Virus record (IMG/VR): IMGVR_UViG_3300042945_002173
Source: a virus
DNA length: 64,000 nt
Strand: one strand, 5' to 3'
Part shown: piece after piece, positions 57,270-64,000 of the stretch
How the letters are laid out: every line of letters starts with the position of its first letter
Position numbering within the stretch: the first letter of the stretch is position 1
The notes under the pieces: generated by a model
Told to the model about the DNA's origin: nothing
Database searches by the model: none
What the model saw: only the letters and a program-made list of their open reading frames with translations
Program-made: the position numbers and the translations under genes

Positions 57270-58973
57270 ATGGCAAAACTTTTTGGTTTTTCTATTGATG
57301 ATAATAAAAATAAATCTCCTTCAATAATATCGCCCGTTCCTCAAACCAATGAGGACGGGTTTGATAATTATATTGCTAGTGGTTTTTATGGACAGTATGT
57401 TGATATTGAAGGAGTTTATCGAACTGAACATGATTTAATTAAAAGATACAGAGAAATGGCACTTCACCCAGAGTGTGATGGTGCTATTGAAGATGTTGTC
57501 AATGAAGCACTTGTCAGCGATCTTTACGATTCTCCAGTTGAAATTGAACTTTCTAATTTGAATGTAAGTGAATCGTTAAAGAAAAAAATAAGAGAGGAAT
57601 TTAAGTATCTAAAAGAAATCATGGACTTTGATAGAAAGTGCCATGAAATTTTTAGAAACTGGTATATTGATGGTAGAATTTATTATTTAAAGGTCATCGA
57701 TCTCAAAAATCCTCAGGCAGGGATTCAGGATTTGAGATATATTGATCCTATGAAGATGAGATATATTCGTCAAGAAAAGAAGAATAAAGATCCATATGCA
57801 AGAGTAAATGTAAAAAATACTGAAAATTCTTTGCCACAGAATATAGAGTTTGAAGAATATTTTCTCTATACTCCGACTCCAAATTATCCAACAGGAATGG
57901 TTTCTGGTGCTGGTTCTGGTAAAGCAGTAAAAATTGCAAAGGATTCCATTGTCTATTGCACTTCTGGTCTTGTAGATAGAAATAAAAATACCGTACTTTC
58001 ATATCTACATAAAGCAATTAAAGCACTTAATCAACTTCGTATGATTGAGGACTCTCTTGTAATCTATAGATTATCGAGAGCACCTGAGCGTAGAATTTTT
58101 TATATTGATGTTGGTAACCTTCCAAAGGTAAAAGCAGAGCAATACCTTAAAGAAGTAATGAATCGCTATCGCAATAAACTAGTTTATGATGCAGGAACTG
58201 GTGAAGTTCGTGATGATCGTAAATTTATGTCTATGATGGAGGATTTTTGGCTTCCTCGTCGTGAAGGAGGTAGAGGAACTGAAATTACTACTCTTCCTGG
58301 CGGTCAAAATCTTGGAGAACTTGCAGACATTGAGTATTTCCAGAAAAAACTGTATAGAGCACTTGGAGTTCCAGAGTCAAGAATCGCCGGAAGTGGAGAT
58401 GGATTTAATCTTGGCAGATCTTCTGAAATTTTAAGAGATGAACTTAAATTTGCTAAGTTTGTCGGTCGTTTGAGAAAAAGATTTGCTCAAATGTTTAATG
58501 ACATGTTGAGAACGCAATTGATTCTCAAAAACATTGTTTCTCCCGATGATTGGGAAATGATGGCAGATCATATTCAATATGATTTCTTGTATGATAACCA
58601 GTTTGCTGAACTTAAAGAGGCAGAACTTCTTAATGGTCGTTTAGGAACACTAGCAACCATTGAACCTTATATTGGAAAATATTTCTCAACAGAATATGTA
58701 AGAAAGAAAATTCTTCGTCAAACTGATTCTGAAATTATTGAAATTGATGAGCAAATTGAAGATGAAATTCAAAAGGGTATTATTCCAGATCCCTCTCAAA
58801 TAGATCCAATTACCGGAGCACCACTACCACAACCAGGAGAAGGTAATGGTATGGCGGGAATGGGTCAAGATGCAATGGGAATGGGAGAAGTTCCATCTGA
58901 ACCAAACCTAGATGCACAAGCGTCAGTAACAGATGCTCAGATGCAAAAAGATGCCAAAAAGGCTGAGATATAA
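57270..58973 (+). CDS. g20: Portal protein gp20
   Basis: RAPERRIFYIDVGNLPK, EDFWLPRREGGRGTEI. Confidence 0.97.
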   Translation: MAKLFGFSIDDNKNKSPSIISPVPQTNEDGFDNYIASGFYGQYVDIEGVYRTEHDLIKRYREMALHPECDGAIEDVVNEALVSDLYDSPVEIELSNLNVSESLKKKIREEFKYLKEIMDFDRKCHEIFRNWYIDGRIYYLKVIDLKNPQAGIQDLRYIDPMKMRYIRQEKKNKDPYARVNVKNTENSLPQNIEFEEYFLYTPTPNYPTGMVSGAGSGKAVKIAKDSIVYCTSGLVDRNKNTVLSYLHKAIKALNQLRMIEDSLVIYRLSRAPERRIFYIDVGNLPKVKAEQYLKEVMNRYRNKLVYDAGTGEVRDDRKFMSMMEDFWLPRREGGRGTEITTLPGGQNLGELADIEYFQKKLYRALGVPESRIAGSGDGFNLGRSSEILRDELKFAKFVGRLRKRFAQMFNDMLRTQLILKNIVSPDDWEMMADHIQYDFLYDNQFAELKEAELLNGRLGTLATIEPYIGKYFSTEYVRKKILRQTDSEIIEIDEQIEDEIQKGIIPDPSQIDPITGAPLPQPGEGNGMAGMGQDAMGMGEVPSEPNLDAQASVTDAQMQKDAKKAEI

Positions 58974-59001
58974 ATAAAGAATAGGAATATATTTTAATTT
59001 T

Positions 59002-59181
59002 ATGGAAGACCTTATCGATTTGATTGCGACAGATGCTGCTGCATCCGATATTCGTGACAAAATTCACGATGTTCTTTATTCAAAAGCAGCAGAAAGAATT
59101 GAACTTGCAAAACCAATCGTTGCCTCATCAATGTTTGGTGAAAGTGAGTATGAAGATGCACAAACTCAGGAAGAGGAATAA
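59002..59181 (+). CDS. Small acidic protein at the prohead-core position (MEDLIDLIATD...)
   Basis: Read manually; late promoter upstream; TAATG coupling. Confidence 0.65.
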   Translation: MEDLIDLIATDAAASDIRDKIHDVLYSKAAERIELAKPIVASSMFGESEYEDAQTQEEE

Positions 59182-59447
59182 TGACAACAAAAATTTTAGC
59201 AGATGAGCTAAATTTGCCAACCACAACAGGAACAGCTACAAGTTTTAGTGCAGCAACAGTTGTTCGTCTTGTGAATACAGATACGACTCCACATATTGTA
59301 ACAGTAGTTGAAACTCAAAGTGGAACGGGTATTGGTTCAATCACAATGCCTGCTGGAACAGTTGAGCAAATTGTTAAGATTGCAAGTCATTGTGTATTTG
59401 CTGATAGCAATAAGGTCAAAGGTGCAAAAGTAGGATTTACAAACTAA
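59181..59447 (+). CDS. Hypothetical protein
   Basis: ORF between gp20 and gp21. Confidence 0.7.
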   Translation: MTTKILADELNLPTTTGTATSFSAATVVRLVNTDTTPHIVTVVETQSGTGIGSITMPAGTVEQIVKIASHCVFADSNKVKGAKVGFTN

Positions 59448-59451
59448 AACA

Positions 59452-60102
59452 ATGAAACTCATCACAGAAGAAATTTCAAAAGTAGAATTTATTACCGAAG
59501 GTAAAGGATCTGCAAAAAAATCCTATATCAAAGGTATTTTCTTGCAGGCAGAACAAGTCAACAGAAATGGCAGAATGTATCCTCTTTCTATTATGGAAAG
59601 AGAGGTAAATCGCTATAATGAAGCATTTGTTCAAAAAGGTCGTGCTCTTGGAGAACTCGGTCACCCTGATGGACCTACCGTAAATCTTGATAGAGTTTCA
59701 CATAAAATTTGTGAACTTTATAAAGATGGTAATAATTTTATTGGTAAGGCACAACTTTTAGAAACTCCAATGGGTAAGATTGCAAAATCTCTCATTAGTG
59801 AGGGAGTTTGCCTTGGCGTTTCTTCTCGTGGTGTTGGTTCATTAAAGATGACCAATGAGGGTCATAAAGTTGTTGGTGAAGATTTTATGTTAGCAACTGC
59901 TGCTGATATCGTTGCCGACCCTTCTGCTCCTGACGCTTTTGTTCAGGGAATTATGGAAGGTAAAGAGTGGGTTTGGGAAGGTGGAATTCTTCGTGAAAGA
60001 CTTGCCGAGCAAACTCAAAAGAGAATTAATACTCTCGTAGATCAAAAAAGACTTGAAGAGCATAAGTTGAATTTATTCAACGATTTCCTCTCAAATCTTT
60101 AA
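59452..60102 (+). CDS. g21: Prohead protease gp21
   Basis: ALGELGHP, GVSSRG.GS, DIVADPSAP. Confidence 0.95.
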   Translation: MKLITEEISKVEFITEGKGSAKKSYIKGIFLQAEQVNRNGRMYPLSIMEREVNRYNEAFVQKGRALGELGHPDGPTVNLDRVSHKICELYKDGNNFIGKAQLLETPMGKIAKSLISEGVCLGVSSRGVGSLKMTNEGHKVVGEDFMLATAADIVADPSAPDAFVQGIMEGKEWVWEGGILRERLAEQTQKRINTLVDQKRLEEHKLNLFNDFLSNL

Positions 60103-60142
60103 TTTATAAATAAATATAGATTATCACAGAATCTAAACAAAA

Positions 60143-61225
60143 ATGTCCGTTGGTAGCAATTTACAAGAAATGGAAAACGTAGTAACCAAAGGGGCTGCAC
60201 CTGCTGAGCCAATGCCTTCGGCTGGTATTCCAGTTGAAGATCTCGGCGGTCCTACTCCTGATAATTATCGTCCAGACGACGATTCAGCAGCACTCAAAAC
60301 TCCTGGCGCAACTCTTGCTCAGGTCAAAGATGTTGTTAACGCAAAAGCGGTAAGAGCAGAAGAGACCGAAGTAGAGGAAGAAGTCATCGAAGAGGAGACT
60401 GAAGAGGAAGAGGATCTTGAAGGTGGCGAAGAAGGTGGTGAAGAGGAAGTTGAAGAGGAAGAAGAAGAAGTCGTAGAAGAAGATTTCAACATCGAAGAAG
60501 ATGTTAATGCTCTTCTAGCGGGTGAAGAACTCTCTGAAGAATTCCAAGAGAAAGCACGTACAATCTTTGAGGCAGCAATTAAATCAAGAGTTGCTGAAAT
60601 CAAAGAATCCCTTCAAGAATCGTATGCTGCTGCTCTTGTAGAAGAGCTTGATGCAATTAAGACTCAACTCACCGAAAGAGTTGATTCTTATCTTGAGTAT
60701 GTTGCTGATGAGTGGTTCCAAGAGAATGCACTCGCAGTAGAGCACGGTCTTAAGACCGAAATGACTGAATCATTCCTTGTAGGAATGAAGAGTCTTTTTG
60801 AAGATCATTATGTAACAATCCCTGAAGATAGATATGATGTAATCGAGAGCATGGTAGATAAACTTGATGAAATGGAAGAAAAACTCAACGAGCAAATCGA
60901 AAGAAACGTTGCTCTGAATAGAAGATTAGCTGAGTCGGTTGCTGATGTAATCTTTGCAGATGTCGCTGAGGGTCTCGCACTTTCTCAGAAGGACAAACTC
61001 GCTTCTCTTGCTGAAAATGTTGAGTTTGAAAGTGAAGCAGACTATCGTGAGAAGCTAGTAACTCTGAGGGAATCATATTTCCCATCAAACGCTGGTACTC
61101 AAAGAAGCGCAAGTGAGAATCTTTCGGAAGAAGTAACCACAGATGAGAAAGAGGCTCTTAATGAGTCCATTTCTCCAATGATGGCTGCTTACTTACAGAC
61201 TCTTTCAAGAGCTTCTAAAAAGTGA
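60143..61225 (+). CDS. g22: Prohead core scaffold gp22
   Basis: Glu-rich coiled coil, IFEAA, YLEYV..EW; synteny. Confidence 0.9.
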   Translation: MSVGSNLQEMENVVTKGAAPAEPMPSAGIPVEDLGGPTPDNYRPDDDSAALKTPGATLAQVKDVVNAKAVRAEETEVEEEVIEEETEEEEDLEGGEEGGEEEVEEEEEEVVEEDFNIEEDVNALLAGEELSEEFQEKARTIFEAAIKSRVAEIKESLQESYAAALVEELDAIKTQLTERVDSYLEYVADEWFQENALAVEHGLKTEMTESFLVGMKSLFEDHYVTIPEDRYDVIESMVDKLDEMEEKLNEQIERNVALNRRLAESVADVIFADVAEGLALSQKDKLASLAENVEFESEADYREKLVTLRESYFPSNAGTQRSASENLSEEVTTDEKEALNESISPMMAAYLQTLSRASKK

Positions 61226-61277
61226 TTTTTAGATTATACTCAAACAACAACACTTTTTAAAAAGAGGTAAAAATCAA

Positions 61278-62675
61278 ATGCAAATGTTCAATGCCGAGCA
61301 TCTGCAGGAGAAGTGGGCACCAATCCTCGACTATGATGGTCTTGATCCAATCAAAGATTCACATCGTAGAGCGGTAACCGCAATCCTGCTTGAAAACCAA
61401 GAAAGAGAACTTCGTGAAGAGAGAGCATTCCTCTCCGAAGCTCCAACCGTAAACACCAACAGTGGCGCTAATGCAGGTTTCTCTGCTGGTGCTTCTGCCC
61501 CTGTTGCTGGTTTCGACCCTGTTCTGATCTCCCTGATTAGACGTTCAATGCCTAACCTGGTCGCTTATGACCTCGCTGGCGTTCAACCAATGAACGGTCC
61601 TACTGGACTGATCTTCGCAATGCGCTCTAAGTACACCAACATGAGCGGCACCGAAGCACTGTTCAACGAAGCAGATACTGCATTCTCTGGACAGGACAGC
61701 GGATTCAACCTCACCAACGGATTTACCGCAGGTAACGTTGGTATGGGTACAACCACTCAGCGTGGAACCAATCCTGGTCTTCTGGATGCTACCTATCCTG
61801 CAACCGGTGACGCAACTACCTACAACGTAGGTCAGGGTATGCGTACCGATGATGCAGAGAATCTTGGTCAGACCAGTGGCGACCACTTTAACGAGATGGC
61901 ATTCTCGATCGAGAAAGTCACCGTTACTGCTAAGTCACGTGCTCTGAAAGCTGAGTACTCGCTCGAACTCGCACAAGACCTGAAGGCAATTCACGGTCTG
62001 AATGCAGAAGCTGAGCTTGCTAACATCCTCAGCACTGAGATCCTCGCTGAAATCAACCGCGAAGTTATCCGTACCATCTATAACGTTGCTGAGTCTGGTG
62101 CTCAGGCAAACGTTGCTACCGCTGGTACTTTCGACCTCGACGTTGACTCCAACGGTCGTTGGTCAGTTGAGAAGTTCAAGGGTCTGATCTTCCAGATCGA
62201 GCGTGACGCAAACGCTATCGCCCAGAGAACTCGTCGTGGCAAGGGTAACATGATCCTCTGCTCTGCTGACGTTGCTTCGGCACTCACCATGGCAGGTGTT
62301 CTTGATTACACCCCTGCACTCAACGCTAACCTCAACGTTGATGACACTGGTAACACCTTCGCTGGTGTTCTGCAAGGTAAGTATCGTGTTTATATCGATC
62401 CTTATGCTGCAAACGTATCTGCTAACCAGTACTACGTTGTTGGTTATAAAGGTTCTTCTCCTTATGATGCTGGTCTGTTCTACTGCCCATATGTACCTCT
62501 CCAGATGGTACGTGCAGTTGGTCAGGACACCTTCCAGCCTAAGATCGGCTTCAAGACTCGTTATGGAATTGTTGCTAACCCATTCTCGCAGGGTACTAGC
62601 GCAATCAGCGGTGCTGGTCTTGATCGTAACGCAAACCGTTACTACAGAAGAGTCAAGGTTACCAATTTAATGTGA
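61278..62675 (+). CDS. g23: Major capsid protein gp23
   Basis: GVQPMNGPTGLIFAMR, ELAQDLKAIHG, FQPKIGFKTRYG. Confidence 0.98.
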   Translation: MQMFNAEHLQEKWAPILDYDGLDPIKDSHRRAVTAILLENQERELREERAFLSEAPTVNTNSGANAGFSAGASAPVAGFDPVLISLIRRSMPNLVAYDLAGVQPMNGPTGLIFAMRSKYTNMSGTEALFNEADTAFSGQDSGFNLTNGFTAGNVGMGTTTQRGTNPGLLDATYPATGDATTYNVGQGMRTDDAENLGQTSGDHFNEMAFSIEKVTVTAKSRALKAEYSLELAQDLKAIHGLNAEAELANILSTEILAEINREVIRTIYNVAESGAQANVATAGTFDLDVDSNGRWSVEKFKGLIFQIERDANAIAQRTRRGKGNMILCSADVASALTMAGVLDYTPALNANLNVDDTGNTFAGVLQGKYRVYIDPYAANVSANQYYVVGYKGSSPYDAGLFYCPYVPLQMVRAVGQDTFQPKIGFKTRYGIVANPFSQGTSAISGAGLDRNANRYYRRVKVTNLM

Positions 62676-62695
62676 TCTCGATTCACATATCTGTC

Positions 62696-62723
62696 AGACC
62701 TCCCGAAAGGGGGGTCTTTTTTT
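62696..62723 (+). terminator. Intrinsic terminator after g23
   Basis: AGACCTCCC-GAAA-GGGGGGTCT followed by a T run. Confidence 0.9.
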
Positions 62724-62753
62724 ATCTAAATAAAAATAAAACTAGTAGTAACA

Positions 62754-62912
62754 ATGAAACCAACTCCAAGACAATCACAAGAAATTCATAAGAACTACGA
62801 AAGAGTTGTTGAGCACCTAATCAGTGAAGGTTATGCAGAAGACAAAGAGTCTGCTGATAGCATTATCTCAGGTATGAGTGAAGCGTGGTTCAATCTAATC
62901 ATTGCCGACTGA
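62754..62912 (+). CDS. Hypothetical 52-aa protein (MKPTPRQSQE...)
   Basis: Read manually; CTAAATA upstream. Confidence 0.65.
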   Translation: MKPTPRQSQEIHKNYERVVEHLISEGYAEDKESADSIISGMSEAWFNLIIAD

Positions 62913-62915
62913 TAA

Positions 62916-63356
62916 GTGAAAACTTTTAAACAGTTTCAAGAACAAGCACAACCAAGTTCAATATTTAAGTGGACCAAAAGACCAGAGTCAACGGACAAAA
63001 ATGTTGAAACTAGTTCTTATGGTCCAGGACTTTACGGAAACAAGACAGCAGATGGAACTGTTTTAACTCCAAAAACAAGAGGAGTTGCTCACAAAACTTT
63101 ACCACTTGGAACTCAGGTAAGAATTACAGATCCGAGAACTGGAAGATCAGTGACTGCACCTGTTATTGATAGGGGTCCATATCACGGTAATAGAGAGTAT
63201 GATTTGACAACAGGAACCACTCAACAACTCGGTTATCCAAATTATAAAGAATTTGGTGCAAGAACCCTTAAAGTCGGACCATTACCAAAACCAAAACTAA
63301 GTCCTATTTTTAAATATCCAGAAAAACCAAAATCAATCTTTAACTGGAAAAAATAA
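62916..63356 (+). CDS. RlpA-like lytic transglycosylase with capsid-targeting-like N-terminus
   Basis: SSYGPGLYGNKTADG, AHKTLPLGT, VIDRGPY, DL; GTG start, MKTFKQFQE. Confidence 0.8.
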   Translation: MKTFKQFQEQAQPSSIFKWTKRPESTDKNVETSSYGPGLYGNKTADGTVLTPKTRGVAHKTLPLGTQVRITDPRTGRSVTAPVIDRGPYHGNREYDLTTGTTQQLGYPNYKEFGARTLKVGPLPKPKLSPIFKYPEKPKSIFNWKK

Positions 63357-63895
63357 TGTCTAATTGTAATTTTCCTGGACAAATTTCAAATAGAAATTTT
63401 CTAACAACTGTTGGGTTTAAATTTACTTTGGCAAAATATCCCCAAGTAGATTTCTTTGCCAATAGTGCCAGAATACCAGAGATTTCTCTTGCAACTACAA
63501 TACAACCTTCATACTTAAAGGATATTGACGTACCAGGTGAAAAATTAACCTATGGAGATTTAACTCTTAGGTTTATTGTTGATGAGAATATGGAAAATTA
63601 TATTGCAGTGTATGAATGGTTAACTGGACTTGGATTTCCAGAAACAACTCAACAATTTAAAAATTTGACCACAGATGATGCTGGTCAGAGAGATATGTTG
63701 GAAGCATTCAGTGATGGAACTTTACGTATTCTGAACAGTAATTATAGAGAAGTTGCAAAAGTTAAGTTTTTAGATTTATTCCCAACATCATTAAGTTCTC
63801 TTGATTTTGATGCCACACCAACTGACATCCAGTACTTTACAGCACAGGCATCTTTCAAGTATACTGTATACACTATAACTAGTTCGATTAAATGA
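63356..63895 (+). CDS. g3: Tail completion protein gp3
   Basis: PG.KL.YGDL.LRF.VDE..ENY, FP.SLS. Confidence 0.85.
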   Translation: MSNCNFPGQISNRNFLTTVGFKFTLAKYPQVDFFANSARIPEISLATTIQPSYLKDIDVPGEKLTYGDLTLRFIVDENMENYIAVYEWLTGLGFPETTQQFKNLTTDDAGQRDMLEAFSDGTLRILNSNYREVAKVKFLDLFPTSLSSLDFDATPTDIQYFTAQASFKYTVYTITSSIK

Positions 63896-64000
63896 ATCTT
63901 GATGAAATTCAGGAGATGTGGCAGAGAGATTCTGTCATTGATCCTGATAATTTACACGATGAGTCTTTAAAAATTCCTCAACTTCACTCCAAGTATTATA
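63892..64000 (+). CDS. uvsY: Recombination mediator UvsY, 3'-truncated by the window
   Basis: MNLDEIQEMW..DS.ID...L..ES..IP.LHSKY; position after g3. Confidence 0.75.
   Translation, partial: MNLDEIQEMWQRDSVIDPDNLHDESLKIPQLHSKYY

Noticed and set aside
19109-62670. Short antisense or overlapping ORFs inside structural genes
   Set aside because: Shadows of long conserved genes with no independent signals.
52462-62675. Introns or inteins in g17, g20 or g23
   Set aside because: ORFs are continuous, of normal length, and lack intein motifs.

Overview
A 64 kb segment of a T4-like cyanomyovirus (Kyanoviridae-like; a picocyanobacterial host is inferred). Positions ~16.2-64 kb hold the ordinary AT-rich module: AbrB-like protein, glycosyltransferase-like protein, speD, gp25, gp6, a 4127-aa gp7-like protein, gp8, a VrlC-like protein, a fibre protein, gp13-gp23, an RlpA-like protein, gp3 and the start of uvsY, with T4-type late promoters (TATAAATA). 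Positions 1-16 kb are an accessory, probably early, region of more than 60 tiny ORFs. Its most striking part (~9.8-15.9 kb) is a GC-rich array of ~24 cassettes, almost all carrying one gene. Each is a 43-83 aa ORF behind a repeated promoter/leader unit (…CCTGC-TATACT-GATCTC-AGTTCA…ACC-ATG), and the array ends abruptly at a multi-hairpin element where composition flips to AT-rich. About 20 copies of a dyad (TGTGNCA-N10-TGGCACA) sit 29-32 nt upstream of the -10 boxes. Three of them also face divergent promoters with no ORF, two of which lead into a conserved, covarying three-way-junction element. Two clusters of ATCTCGACGAG palindromes, an AbrB-like/ArdA-like fusion and a GIY-YIG homing endonuclease also lie here. 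All calls come from reading the sequence; no searches were run.
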